This document shows, in pieces, positions 47,845 to 58,628 of a DNA stretch of 64,000 bases. The stretch's first letter is position 1. Each line of letters begins with the position of its first letter. This DNA comes from an uncultured Verrucomicrobiae bacterium (GTDB lineage: Bacteria > Verrucomicrobiota > Verrucomicrobiia > Limisphaerales > Palsa-1400): the NCBI GenBank assembly GCA_963702845.1, contig OY969763.1, positions 4,480,001 to 4,544,000 on the forward strand, in the 5' to 3' direction. The notes beneath the pieces were generated by a model that searched no databases, was not told the DNA's origin, and saw nothing but the letters and a program-made list of their open reading frames with translations. The position numbers and the translations under genes are program-made.

Positions 47845-48168
47845 TAACGTAGAAAATAAATTTCACTTGTAGCGGTGGCCGAAGAAACGCTCCGAAGCAC
47901 GAGCGAATCATTTCTCACGCGTCTGCAGCAGTGAGGTGTGATGGGCCACCGCCTGTAAGACCTCGTTCTCCGAGGCCGACCCTAGTCAACAATCAGGACT
48001 TGGCCGGCGCAACATCGGTCATCGCTAAGTCCATGGTCAAACGAAACAAAATCCGGTCTCAAACGAGGAAAACTCGAAAAGAAGAATTACGAACATTTGC
48101 GCAAAGATTTGACGCCACACGATTAGGGACTTTAAGGTCAGTCCATCCATGGTACAAAGAAGTAAGCG

Positions 48169-49920
48169 ATGATTTCGAAACGCACTCGTATAGGCCTGTT
48201 CGGCATTCTTACACTTCTCTGCATTTCAGTTACCGGTGTAGCTGGGGGCCACAAGCCGTTTTATACATTCGCATTGACGCAAAGCGGAACACAAGAGGCG
48301 TATGACGAAGCAATGGCGGTGGCTTCGTTGCAAGGGATCATCAATCGTGCGGGGCCGGAATTATATGTGCTCTCGCGCACCAACGCGCGACCGCTGTATT
48401 GGCTGGACCTGCTCAGCAAAGACGGACGATGGCTTCAGGGACGGAAGCAGAAGCCGGTGCTGGACCTCAATGCGTTGGTGAAGCTCGCCGGGAAACGGGT
48501 CAAAGGTGCGGTCATTTGGGATCCTATGGTGCCGGCCAGCATTAACGTAGCAACTACCTTCGCCGGCGTTCGCGATGCGGTCGTGCTTAGTCCGGAATTT
48601 GCCAGGCGTTATCTTCCGAAGTGGCGAGTGCCGGTTCTTGCGGACCTTCGCGGGAAGTTCACCGGTGCCGAGACGGGCAGTAAAAAGAATGATGCGTATC
48701 GTTGGGCGATTCGGGAATTTCTCGCACACGGTTTATGCAATTCGCATCGGCTCTGTCTTTTTGAAGATGCCTTCGCCACCCGCGCGCGTGGTGACACGAG
48801 TTATGTTGTGACGCGGGATTGGGCGATGAAAAGCCGCGCGTTCGTGTTTGATCTTTCTCCCTGGGGCGATGAAAAACCGGGCGATGATCCGAGCCAGCGG
48901 CTCGGTTTGGATCTGGAAACTTACAAGCTGATTCTCGCCGAGACGCTCAAGCAAGCCGGCGGGAAACACATGACCGAGTTGACTGGTTTCTTCGCTTTCT
49001 CCAAATACTCCGCCACGCCCGATCATAAAAGCATCCATGATGGCGTGCCCACGGAATGGGAATCGGTCTGGCTGATGTCGCCGTTCAACTGCTACCAGAA
49101 CACCATCTCCAGCGATTGCTTCAACCAATCGTTGCACAGCCAGGCACCGCGCGCTTCGCTCAAACAGAAATCTGTGGCCCAGCCGACGCTCGAACGCAAG
49201 GCTTACATTTGCGTCTTCATGGGTGATTACGACTCGGCCACGCCGCTCTACGATTTTTTGCCCAAGCACTGGAGTGACTCAGCTCGCGGCAAAGTCCCGC
49301 TCGCCTGGGGAATCAATCCTAATTTGCTCGAAACATATCCGGATCTCATCGCTTACTTTTACGAAACCGCGTCGCCGGCTGATACGTTTACGTCGGATGC
49401 CAGCGCGGCGGGCTACATCAATCCAAACCGCATCGAAAAAGCCTATCTGCCGCTGTTCGTGCGACACAACCAACAGTTCTTCCGGGAAGCGGACATGACC
49501 ATCGCGCCGATGGTGTTGGATCGAGATGAGCCCACTGCGGATGTGAAAGATGCGTTTCAACAATTCGCTCCCGACGGCTATGCCACAATCGTCGCCGACG
49601 TGCTCGGGCGCCCCGGCAACTTTCCGAAGCCACAAGTCTGGAAACGCATGCCAATCCTCGAACTGATCAATGACGCGTGCAATTCCAAGCAGAGCGGCGA
49701 GATTGCCGGCGTCATGGCAAATGGGATCCACGCGCGCGGCAATGTTCTTCCAGGGTTCTACCTGTTCCGTACGGATTGGGTTAGCCCTGGCACTATCGCC
49801 GATGCAGTTGCGCTTTTGGGCAGGCAACATCCCGACCTAAATTGCGAAGTGGTTGGCCCGCGCACGTTTTTCGCGTTGTTCAAAAAATCTTTGGAACAGC
49901 CGGGCAACAATGCCCAATGA
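48169..49920 (+). CDS. GxGYxYP-type putative glycoside hydrolase
   Basis: SLQGIINR, MGDYDS, ARGKVPLAW, SAAGYINP; signal peptide. Confidence 0.75.
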   Translation: MISKRTRIGLFGILTLLCISVTGVAGGHKPFYTFALTQSGTQEAYDEAMAVASLQGIINRAGPELYVLSRTNARPLYWLDLLSKDGRWLQGRKQKPVLDLNALVKLAGKRVKGAVIWDPMVPASINVATTFAGVRDAVVLSPEFARRYLPKWRVPVLADLRGKFTGAETGSKKNDAYRWAIREFLAHGLCNSHRLCLFEDAFATRARGDTSYVVTRDWAMKSRAFVFDLSPWGDEKPGDDPSQRLGLDLETYKLILAETLKQAGGKHMTELTGFFAFSKYSATPDHKSIHDGVPTEWESVWLMSPFNCYQNTISSDCFNQSLHSQAPRASLKQKSVAQPTLERKAYICVFMGDYDSATPLYDFLPKHWSDSARGKVPLAWGINPNLLETYPDLIAYFYETASPADTFTSDASAAGYINPNRIEKAYLPLFVRHNQQFFREADMTIAPMVLDRDEPTADVKDAFQQFAPDGYATIVADVLGRPGNFPKPQVWKRMPILELINDACNSKQSGEIAGVMANGIHARGNVLPGFYLFRTDWVSPGTIADAVALLGRQHPDLNCEVVGPRTFFALFKKSLEQPGNNAQ

Positions 49921-50042
49921 ACGAGATCATCCGGCGCGCACTGGTGTTTGGAACTGATTGCAGCAACATTACCGCCCTTTTATTGCACTCCCATACACTC
50001 CATCAGCAATCGTGTAGTCGACCTTGCGCCAAAATAACCGAC

Positions 50043-50435
50043 CTATCCTACCCAGTGCTCAAGCTCACCGCGCACCGTCTCTCCGAACGCTTTGTCCAAC
50101 ACTTTTTGCTTCGAGTAACATACTGCCCCGCGCGCGGCGCAGCGGTCGACCAACTCCGGATCATCACAGGAATTCAAGACGAGCACTGGCAGTTGTTTGC
50201 TCGTTCGCAACAGAAACTCCAAAGTGCTTTCAGAGGAACTGTCTGGCAAGTTCAAGTCTGCAAGGACGACGTCAAAATGCTGCGAGTCGGACAACGCATC
50301 GCGCGCTTCACGCAGTGTTTCAACCAGTGAAACGTCAAAACCGTTCTTGTCCCGCCCAAGGCCAGCGCGAATCAGAAATGCGTCAGATTCGTTATCCTCA
50401 ACGAGTAACACGCGGATTCGATCATTAGAGTTCAT
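50043..50435 (-). CDS. Single-domain response regulator
   Basis: VLLVEDN, LADLNLPDS. Confidence 0.85.
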   Translation of the reverse strand: MNSNDRIRVLLVEDNESDAFLIRAGLGRDKNGFDVSLVETLREARDALSDSQHFDVVLADLNLPDSSSESTLEFLLRTSKQLPVLVLNSCDDPELVDRCAARGAVCYSKQKVLDKAFGETVRGELEHWVG

Positions 50436-50778
50436 AGGGTGGTAAAATTACTGTTTTAAGCCAAAAGCTTTCCAAGCGTTCAAACATCTCTTTGAATTCA
50501 GCGAACGTCGCGGGCTTCACCAGATAACAGTTCGCGTGCAAATCATAAGCCGTTCGCAAATCCTGATCGGCGCTGGAGGAGGCCAGCACGACAACCGGAA
50601 TGCACCGCCAGCGATTGTCAGCCTTGATTTTCGCCAGCACTTCGCGCCCGTCTTTCCTCGGCATATTCAAATCCAACAAAATCAAATGCGGTCGCGGCAC
50701 CTGCGTGTAATTGCCTTGTCGCCGCAGGAACGACATTGCCTCCACGTCATCCGTCACCACCGATAAATTCAACCCCAA
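50425..50778 (-). pseudogene. Rcp1-like response regulator lacking its N-terminal acidic strand
   Basis: PHLILLDLNMPRKDGREVL, ANCYLVKP present; no LLVED segment upstream in frame. Confidence 0.6.
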
Positions 50779-50942
50779 AGATGCTCAAACGTTTGTAGGG
50801 GCGGTGATCTCATGATTAGGGTCCCTAACGACTACCGTACGACCGAAATGTCACTTCGCAACGGACTTCGCAACGGGCTAAACGTGCGGATCACCGGCGT
50901 GCAGCAGTCTTTCCTTTTTTTGCAAATTTCTTTGCAGGTCTC

Positions 50943-52943
50943 TCAACTATTAACCCGACTCAACGGTTGGACTTTCAGCTGTTCCAAAGCCCGAAACATT
51001 TCACGAGCAGACGCATAACGCCCCTTCGGGTCCGGATAACAGGCCTTCAGCACAACCCTATTTAGCAGAAAAAAATCGGTCGGATCCGTGTCACCGAGAA
51101 GCGTCTCAGGCAGCTCGGGAAACAACGAAGTGCTATGCCCCGTGCTGATGACGTAGAGCACCATTCCCAATGCATAAATGTCGGCGGCAGGAGTGCCAGG
51201 CATTTCCGGCGCAGGCGGCATATAACCCGGCGTGCCCACGGCGGTGCGTTCTTGATCGGAAGGCCTTATGTTGGTGATGAGCCCGAGATCAGCGAGTTTC
51301 GGCTGGCCGTTCACGAATAAAATATTCTGCGGTTTGATATCGCGGTGAGTCAGCCCCGAGCGATGAATGAAGTCGAGCGCGTCGCTCAAGATCATGCCGA
51401 TGCGAATACATTCTTCGATTGGGAGCCGTTTCTGCGGGGCGAGCGAACAGATACGTTTCAAATCCTTCGGCATGTAATCGCCAGGAGACTTTTCCCAACC
51501 AGGTTCGAGGCCATCACCCAATTCCATGATGCAAAAAAAGTGCGTCGCCATCTTTTCGCTCACGAACCCGACCCGCAACAGTCCCGGATGCTTATCGCAA
51601 ATCGCCCGATAACGAGTGACACCTTCGTGTTCGCGATCGTAAGGCCCGTGATCGTTTTCGAATCCTTCCAAGGAAACGACTTTAACAGCGCGCCATTCCC
51701 CTTGTTTATTCCGTGCCAACCAGACTTTGCCGTAGGCACCGTTAGCAAACGGCGGTTCGACCAAGTGGTAACCGGGAATTTCAAGTGATGGTTCTCTCCG
51801 CGTCGATTGTTGTTCCTCGACGATGACATCAGGGTGATCTCCACGCGACGCGACGAAAGTCCAGACGATCGCAACCGGTAATTGTCCCACGACGATCAGC
51901 ATCCACGGAAACCAATAATTCGTCGTCGCTGTGAGCGTGACCGCAAGAGTGAAGATAACAATACTTGCCGCGACCGCGCCAACACAGGCAGGCAGAAAAC
52001 GCAATCGCGGCAGCACCGCTCCGAACGCCAGACCACAAAAGAGCAGCGCGAACATCTCCATCCGAGACCACCGATAAAGTGATTCGTGATTCAGTAAATT
52101 GAGAAATTCCGTGATGAGCAATTCCGTGCCGGAGGTAGATTCGCCCGTCCAATGGCTGTAAGGAGTGAGGAACTTGTGTGCTGCGTTAACCGGGGCCGAA
52201 TCCCTTGGCATCACACCGATGAAAACGAGTTGCTCGTGGAAAAAGTTCGCCGGCTGTTTTAGAGCGAGATGGTAGCTGATTCGCGTCCAGTGCGGTTGCT
52301 GGCCATAGTAGCGGAGCCATCGCTCGTGCGGCCCGTCGGCGAGGTCCGCGCCAGCAGTCCGCGCCGCAGTTTCGGCCAGGCTCGGGTAGTCACCGGGCGA
52401 AGGAAAAGGAGAATGACGACGCACAATACCGTCTGGATCTGGATCCATCCCCGAAACACCCCAATTTTTTCCCGACGCAGTAAGAAAAGGGTTGGCCGCC
52501 AAAACAGGCCGCCTGCCGCTGAAATTCGTTGTGATCGGACTCGTAAGCCCAGCCCTTAGCGCGATCTCGTGATGCCGCTTTATGGCGCGCCCGAGGTCCT
52601 GATCTTTTTCTGGATCGCTTCCTTTACCGAAATACAGGTCCATGACAACGACCGAGCAGTTGTCGACTGCTAATTTGTCCAATATTTGCGCGTGCAATCC
52701 GCGGTCCCAATTTATGCCACGTTTTTGATGGAGCGCGTCGTACGACTCGTTATCCATCATGATGAACGTAACCTTGTTAGCAATCGACCGGCTACTGAAC
52801 AGAAATAGGCTGTCGTAACTGTGATTAATCAGTGGCGTGCCCAATGACGTCTTCCAGAGCACCAACCCGCAAAGCACCGTCAGCACCGCGCCGATTGCGG
52901 ATCGGACAGCCTTCCTGCGTCTTGTGCTGTTGTTGCTCAACAT
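50943..52943 (-). CDS. CHASE2-domain membrane Ser/Thr protein kinase
   Basis: WDRGLHA, DPDGIVRR, three TM; kinase GAYGKVW, AVK, HRDIKPQN, ADLG, GTPGY, DIYALG. Confidence 0.9.
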   Translation of the reverse strand: MLSNNSTRRRKAVRSAIGAVLTVLCGLVLWKTSLGTPLINHSYDSLFLFSSRSIANKVTFIMMDNESYDALHQKRGINWDRGLHAQILDKLAVDNCSVVVMDLYFGKGSDPEKDQDLGRAIKRHHEIALRAGLTSPITTNFSGRRPVLAANPFLTASGKNWGVSGMDPDPDGIVRRHSPFPSPGDYPSLAETAARTAGADLADGPHERWLRYYGQQPHWTRISYHLALKQPANFFHEQLVFIGVMPRDSAPVNAAHKFLTPYSHWTGESTSGTELLITEFLNLLNHESLYRWSRMEMFALLFCGLAFGAVLPRLRFLPACVGAVAASIVIFTLAVTLTATTNYWFPWMLIVVGQLPVAIVWTFVASRGDHPDVIVEEQQSTRREPSLEIPGYHLVEPPFANGAYGKVWLARNKQGEWRAVKVVSLEGFENDHGPYDREHEGVTRYRAICDKHPGLLRVGFVSEKMATHFFCIMELGDGLEPGWEKSPGDYMPKDLKRICSLAPQKRLPIEECIRIGMILSDALDFIHRSGLTHRDIKPQNILFVNGQPKLADLGLITNIRPSDQERTAVGTPGYMPPAPEMPGTPAADIYALGMVLYVISTGHSTSLFPELPETLLGDTDPTDFFLLNRVVLKACYPDPKGRYASAREMFRALEQLKVQPLSRVNS

Positions 52944-53043
52944 GGGGGCTCGCTGCGAATAATACAGGCGCCGCCGCAAAAGGCAGGTTTTTTTGGTGAA
53001 TCAAAGAAATTGCCAAACCACTGTGAATTGAGATAACTACATT

Positions 53044-53667
53044 ATGCCCGACAGCAGCGACGAGTTAATCCCTACCCGCGCCTCGTTGCTGGCACGCATT
53101 AAAAATCTCGACGACCACGAAAGCTGGCAGGATTTCTTCGATACCTATTGGAAACTCATCTACGGCGTCTGCATCAAACGCGGATTGACTCCGCCGGAAG
53201 CTCAGGACGTTGTGCAGGAAACGATGTGCGCGGCGGTAAAACACATGCCGAACTTCAATTACGACCGTACCGTCGGCACGTTCAAAGCCTGGCTCCTCAC
53301 TATGGCCCGTTGGAGAATCGCCGACCAATTCCGCAAACGTTCGCCTGTCAAAAACCTGCCGTCAGTCGCTCGGGTTGATAGCGATGTCGTTCTGGAAAAC
53401 ATTGCCGATAATTCCAACGAGGACTTCGATGCGATGTGGCACGAACAATGGGAGCAAGCCCTTTTCGACGCTGCCCTTGTGAAAACACGCCGTAAAGTGG
53501 ATCCACAAAACTTCCAGATTTTTGACTTGCTCGTCAAACAGCGCCTGTCTCCGGCCAAGGTCGCCGAAGATTTCCACATGTCCGTCAACAGCGTCTACCT
53601 GGTCAAACACCGCATCACCGAAGAAATTAAATCCGAAGTGGAACGGCTCAAACAACGGGTGATTTGA
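53044..53667 (+). CDS. ECF sigma-70 factor
   Basis: TRASLL..I, W..F...Y, AQDVVQE, FKAWL, C-terminal HTH. Confidence 0.92.
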   Translation: MPDSSDELIPTRASLLARIKNLDDHESWQDFFDTYWKLIYGVCIKRGLTPPEAQDVVQETMCAAVKHMPNFNYDRTVGTFKAWLLTMARWRIADQFRKRSPVKNLPSVARVDSDVVLENIADNSNEDFDAMWHEQWEQALFDAALVKTRRKVDPQNFQIFDLLVKQRLSPAKVAEDFHMSVNSVYLVKHRITEEIKSEVERLKQRVI

Positions 53668-54015
53668 TTCAAGATAAAGCCAGGGACGCTAGGCGGGCCG
53701 CTCCGATCGTTTTCGCATCGCAAAAACTTTTTTCACTTTTTCTGAAAGATTTCGCGCGGCGCTCCGTAATGCTTATGTGGGCCATCGCTTATCCGCTGCC
53801 GCATCGGGTGCGAGCAGTCGGTCTCGGGGAAGCGCATTACCCCACAATTTTGCAAACACGTTTGGTATAACGGTACCGTGTTGCAACCGGGTTCGGGAGC
53901 TGTTGCGTGGATACGCAACAGCAATTTTTCTCCTTCATCGTCACCCCGGTCCCATTTTTCCATTGCACGGGTGCTGACACACTTGATATTCTTCGCTACC
54001 AACCAATTGCAGGAT

Positions 54016-54333
54016 ATGATTTCCAACGAACGTCCCTCACCTTTCGCCCCACGCCCCCAGCGTCCGCAGTATAGTCCCTCTTCGTACCAAGGTAGCTATT
54101 CAAAACCGCCGAGCCAGGACACAACTATCAAGACCGAGCGCCTTCAAGTGGAACGTAAAACCTTCGTTATTTCATTAAAGGAAAACGACCGCGGCCGGTT
54201 CCTGCGCATCGTCGAAGAATCCAACGGCCATCATGATATGATCATCGTGCCAGCAGCGGGCCTCGAAGATTTCAGCAAGATTCTTTCCGAAATTGTCGCG
54301 CATCCCGGCAAAGAAGAAGGTGGTAACGCCTAA
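54016..54333 (+). CDS. PUR-domain ssDNA/RNA-binding protein
   Basis: ERKTFVISLKENDRGRFLRIVEE...IIVPAAGLEDF. Confidence 0.82.
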   Translation: MISNERPSPFAPRPQRPQYSPSSYQGSYSKPPSQDTTIKTERLQVERKTFVISLKENDRGRFLRIVEESNGHHDMIIVPAAGLEDFSKILSEIVAHPGKEEGGNA

Positions 54334-54354
54334 TACGGATTCGCTTGCGATTGC

Positions 54355-54795
54355 CTACGGCGCAATCTTGTCGCTCACCCATTGGCGGGCTGTGTTAAAG
54401 CCGTCCTTGGACGAATCGTAAGCTGATTTGAAACCGGTCTTCACGCTTTCCCACGTCGATTCACTGGCTGCTTTGACTTTGTCCAACTGCACACTCAACT
54501 GACCCTGCTGCGCCCGCAACGCCTCAAGCTTCGGTTTCGCTTCCGCTTTCACCTGCGCACTGGAACTTTCAATTTTCGCGGATAGCTGGTCCAAATCTTT
54601 TTTCAAAGCGTCCAACTGCTCTTGCATCTTTTTCACGAACGCGTCCTTCTGCGCGTAGCTGTAATCCTTCATGTCCGCCGCAGCCTGCTTCGTGTCGCTC
54701 TCGACTTTGTCGAGTTGTTTGGAAGTGCTGTCGTTGTTACAGCCGACGACCAATCCAACACTCGCAACCAATGGCAAAAGAATTTTTATTTTCAT
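54355..54795 (-). CDS. Coiled-coil lipoprotein
   Basis: LVVG-C lipobox, helical body, ASESTWESVKTGF. Confidence 0.75.
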   Translation of the reverse strand: MKIKILLPLVASVGLVVGCNNDSTSKQLDKVESDTKQAAADMKDYSYAQKDAFVKKMQEQLDALKKDLDQLSAKIESSSAQVKAEAKPKLEALRAQQGQLSVQLDKVKAASESTWESVKTGFKSAYDSSKDGFNTARQWVSDKIAP

Positions 54796-54860
54796 AAGCA
54801 AAAATTGTCTCTGCCCATCATATTTGAGCGGAAGCCCTTCAGCCATTTGTTTTTGAGCAG

Positions 54861-55577
54861 CTACTCCGAACTTTTGCTATCCAGAGCGTGTAAAAAACGA
54901 TTCCCCCGCGGAAGCCAGTGATGATTTTTATCAACCGAGATAACCACGTCAGTTGCTTTCCCTACGATTCGGCGGCGCTCGACCATCCCGAAATAACGCG
55001 AATCAAAACTATTGTCCCTATTATCGCCCATCATGAAATAGTGACCTTCAGGCACGGTGACCGGCCCGAAATTCCGTTTCGCGGGAAGACCAGCCACCGC
55101 CATCACCGCATGCGCGTGTTCGGGCAACCGTTCCGTGGCGAATTGACTCTGGCGCTGATCAGCCTGCGTCAACTGAGCCGAGACATCTGCGCTCAACCCA
55201 CCGTAACCAACAGGTCGACCGTTTATCACCAACTGCTCATCGCGTAACTCAATCACATCTCCCGGCAAACCAATCACCCGTTTCACGAGGCGTATTTCAT
55301 CGTGCGGCGAGAAAAACACGACAATGTCCCCGCGATTCGGATTTGCCCATTCCACCAGATGCCATGTCGTGAACGGGACCTTTAGGTCGTAGGCCAGCTT
55401 GTTCACGAACACGCGATCCCCTTCCAAAATCGTCGGCTTCATCGACCCGGTCGGCACATCGTTCCAATCAGCCAGCGACGAACGGACGGAAAAAACGACA
55501 ATCGTTAAAATGAGCAGCGAACGAAGGTCCTTCTGCCAAACTCGCCGCGCACGAGAGCGCCATGGTTCAGTTCTCAC
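54861..55577 (-). CDS. lepB: Signal peptidase I
   Basis: VPTGSMKPT, LVKRVIGLPGD, MGDNRDNSFDSR. Confidence 0.93.
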   Translation of the reverse strand: MRTEPWRSRARRVWQKDLRSLLILTIVVFSVRSSLADWNDVPTGSMKPTILEGDRVFVNKLAYDLKVPFTTWHLVEWANPNRGDIVVFFSPHDEIRLVKRVIGLPGDVIELRDEQLVINGRPVGYGGLSADVSAQLTQADQRQSQFATERLPEHAHAVMAVAGLPAKRNFGPVTVPEGHYFMMGDNRDNSFDSRYFGMVERRRIVGKATDVVISVDKNHHWLPRGNRFLHALDSKSSE

Positions 55578-55675
55578 GCTACCTTTGACAACCAGTTGTG
55601 AAAATCGTTCACCTCAATCATGGCAAGACGCCGCGCCGATTCATTCAGTGTGCTGAGCCAATTGAAAAAAGCGCG

Positions 55676-57004
55676 TTAAGCTTTGGCGATTTCCGCCCCG
55701 TTCGCCTGGATCTTGCGAATCGCTTCGGCGATCTGGTTCATGTCATCGCGCGGGCCGAGCAATTGGGATTGGCTCAACCGCACATTCTCGGAACAGAGAA
55801 CCTTGTTCTGCGGACATTCACAGTGCGCCGCGAAACGTTCGAGTGTGTCCTTGGAATAGAGGCGTTGATAGTGTCGATTCTTCAGCAGATTCTGGATGTG
55901 TACGCCTTGCGGCATGTGCACGTAACCACCGGCGCAATCAATGCCCTCCTTGTCGAGCGCTTGCATGAACTTGTCGCGGCTCAACCCGGCAAAATGCTCG
56001 GGCTTATAACGGAAGGCGTAGAGATGATACGCATGACGCGTGCAGCCTGGATATGAACGTTGCGGCAGAATTCCGGGAATCTCCTTCAGCATTGAGTCGA
56101 GATACTTTGCGTTTTCGGTTCGGCGTTTGGCCTGTTCTTCGATACGCGTCATTTGCGCTTGGAGCAATGCGCCTTGGAACTCCGTCATGCGCAGGTTCGC
56201 GCCGCGCGTATAATGATGTTCGAACTTCGCGCCTTTGGCTCCACCCTGGTTCTGGAAACCTTCGCACAACATCGCGAAATCGTCATCGTTCGTCAGAATC
56301 GCGCCGCCTTCGCCGGAGTTGAGATTTTTGCTCGCCTGAAAACTGAAGCAGCCCGCCGTGCCCCACGTCCCAACCATTTTCCCACGCCACTCGGCAAGGT
56401 GCGATTGGCAGGCGTCTTCGATGACGGGAATGTTGTGCTTCTTCCCGATTTCCAAAATTTTGTCCATGTCGCAGCAATTGCCACCGAGATGCACGGGCAT
56501 AATTGCTTTTGTGTTCGGCGTGATCGCGGCTTCGATCTTATCGGCGTCGATCTGCGAGGTCGCTACATCGATGTCCACGAAGATAGGCAACGCGTAGTGC
56601 ATCGTGATCGCGTTGTAGGTCGCGACGAACGTGTATGGCGGCAGAATGACTTCGTCGCCGGGCCCGATATTCAGCGCGCCGAGCGTGGTCAAAAGCGCAG
56701 TCGTCCCGCTGCTGGTCGCGACACAATGTTTCGCACCAGCTCGCGTGGCGTAGGCTTTTTCAAATTTCGCAACTTGATTACCGCCGTATCGAAACCACTT
56801 GCCGCTGCGAAGCGCAGTAAGAATCGCCTTGTCTTCAACCTCGTTGAAGACCGGCCATGACGGCCAGCCCTCGGTGCGGACAGGATTGCCGCCCAGGATT
56901 GCGGGACGCGCGGTAGATGTGGAAACGCTGGGTGAATTGGCGCCGAACAGGCTGAAACCTACTCCGGCAGCCGCCGAGGTCGCGAGGAATTCTCTTCGGT
57001 TCAT
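55676..57004 (-). CDS. DegT/DnrJ/EryC1/StrS PLP aminotransferase with Tat signal
   Basis: MNRREFL Tat motif; SSGTTAL, TFVAT, IEDACQSH, FSFQASKNL. Confidence 0.92.
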   Translation of the reverse strand: MNRREFLATSAAAGVGFSLFGANSPSVSTSTARPAILGGNPVRTEGWPSWPVFNEVEDKAILTALRSGKWFRYGGNQVAKFEKAYATRAGAKHCVATSSGTTALLTTLGALNIGPGDEVILPPYTFVATYNAITMHYALPIFVDIDVATSQIDADKIEAAITPNTKAIMPVHLGGNCCDMDKILEIGKKHNIPVIEDACQSHLAEWRGKMVGTWGTAGCFSFQASKNLNSGEGGAILTNDDDFAMLCEGFQNQGGAKGAKFEHHYTRGANLRMTEFQGALLQAQMTRIEEQAKRRTENAKYLDSMLKEIPGILPQRSYPGCTRHAYHLYAFRYKPEHFAGLSRDKFMQALDKEGIDCAGGYVHMPQGVHIQNLLKNRHYQRLYSKDTLERFAAHCECPQNKVLCSENVRLSQSQLLGPRDDMNQIAEAIRKIQANGAEIAKA

Positions 57005-57135
57005 AGGACGGACCGCTTCGGTTGTGAAGCGAAAGATATTCTCCGTCGCTGCCAAACGATGTCGAGCGAAGAATTGCTCCACAAAAACCGCGCGACTATT
57101 TTGCAGCGGTGGTGTTTACTTCTGAACGCAGCACT

Positions 57136-58167
57136 ATGAACACGCAAAAGACCCCACTGGTGCAAAAATTAAGCCTCGTGATGCTCGTGCTGATCTTCGG
57201 CTGTTTGGTGCTGATGCTCATGTATGGTCGCAAGCAAATCGAAAGCTTGCGTGAGGGACCGCCTGTCTCAGCTTCTTCCAATTCCACGTCGAATGACGAC
57301 GCGTCGATTCGCCGCGCTTACCCTTCCATGCGTAGTTCAAAAACTCCGCCGTTGGCAAAAGTAGTTGAGCCCGAAGGAGCGAAATCGGCGCCTCCAGCTG
57401 CGCCTGCGCCAGCAACTGTCGAAACTCCCATCGCCGCGGAACAGCCCGCAACCGTTCTGCCCGTCGCAACCGCGACCGAAACACCCGAAGGCCTGAGCGC
57501 CGAACCGGGGATGTCGGGTCGGGTTTTCTTAACTGGCACTCCGCCTGCCGAAACTCCAATTAGGTTCGACGCGACCTGCGGTAGCTTCCATCCGCGGCGC
57601 GCCACAACCACGCGTTATGTCGTCTCGCGTGACGGCGGGTTGGCAAATGTTTTTGTTTATATTTCGAAAGGTGCAGAAAAATTGAAAGTTCAGCCAGAAG
57701 TCGCGCCGATTTTGCTCGAGCAAAAAGATTGCATGTATCAGCCCTACGTTCTCGGAGCGATGGTCAATCAACCGATCCAGATCAAAAACTCCGACCCAAT
57801 TTTGCACAATGTCCATGCTCTGCCAAAACGTGGGGACGAATTCAACTTTGCGCAACCACTCCAGGGCCAAGTCGACGAACACTCATTCTCCAAGCCGGAA
57901 CTGTTTATCAAAATCAAATGCGACGTGCACGATTGGATGCTCTCTTACGTCAGCGTTTTGTCGCACCCGTTCTTCGCTGTTACTGATACGAATGGTTTTT
58001 TCCAGCTACCTAGTGGTTTGCCGCCGGGAAAATACGAGATCACTTCTGCGCACCTGAAGGCAGGAACGGCCAGCCAAACGATCCTATTGAAGAACAACAA
58101 TAACGTCCGTCTCGATTTCCGACTCCCCGTCACTGGGAAACCTTGGACGGCTCTGACGGCGCCCTAG
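57136..58167 (+). CDS. Membrane-anchored cupredoxin-like/carboxypeptidase-regulatory-like domain protein
   Basis: EQKDCMYQPYV, NSDPILHNVH, KCDVHDWM, HPFFAVTD.NG. Confidence 0.7.
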   Translation: MNTQKTPLVQKLSLVMLVLIFGCLVLMLMYGRKQIESLREGPPVSASSNSTSNDDASIRRAYPSMRSSKTPPLAKVVEPEGAKSAPPAAPAPATVETPIAAEQPATVLPVATATETPEGLSAEPGMSGRVFLTGTPPAETPIRFDATCGSFHPRRATTTRYVVSRDGGLANVFVYISKGAEKLKVQPEVAPILLEQKDCMYQPYVLGAMVNQPIQIKNSDPILHNVHALPKRGDEFNFAQPLQGQVDEHSFSKPELFIKIKCDVHDWMLSYVSVLSHPFFAVTDTNGFFQLPSGLPPGKYEITSAHLKAGTASQTILLKNNNNVRLDFRLPVTGKPWTALTAP

Positions 58168-58182
58168 CGAAATCGCAACGGC

Positions 58183-58332
58183 TCAAATCCGGCGTTTGCG
58201 TTCAGGCCGCGGATTGTCTGTCAGAATCGTTCCGTCCTCGCGCTCGCCTGCGTTGCGTTTTATGTAGACGTAGAAGCCCCATATCGCCAGCAACGCAACA
58301 ATCCCAACAGGTATGATCCAAAAAAAATCCAT
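58183..58332 (-). CDS. Small single-TM protein (49 aa)
   Basis: Manual translation MDFFWIIPVGIVALLAIWGFYVYIKRNAGERE... Confidence 0.5.
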   Translation of the reverse strand: MDFFWIIPVGIVALLAIWGFYVYIKRNAGEREDGTILTDNPRPERKRRI

Positions 58333-58343
58333 AAATTATGCGT

Positions 58344-58445
58344 TCACCCGATGCCGTTGATTCCATCACCAGGCAGACCGAAAACATATTCCACTCCCCC
58401 AGTCAGAAGCACCTGTATCAGAACATCACCACTGGTTGTCGCCAT
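58344..58445 (-). pseudogene. N-terminal remnant of a TPP-dependent pyruvate oxidase-like gene
   Basis: AGGAGG SD then MATTSGDVLIQVL..GVEYVFGLPGDGINGI, stop after 33 codons. Confidence 0.65.
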
Positions 58446-58628
58446 GCACCCTCCTAATAAAGAACATTAATGCGAACGGCTGCTTTGCAATCGGCAAATC
58501 CCTGAAACTACCGGTCAGGGCGCATCGCTCCGCGCGCGCCGCATTAAGCAATGTCCATGTCCCTACGGCGTCGGCACATTGCAATTGACTGCCACCCCGC
58601 AAAGGAGTGCAATCGCTCCGGAGGGGAA

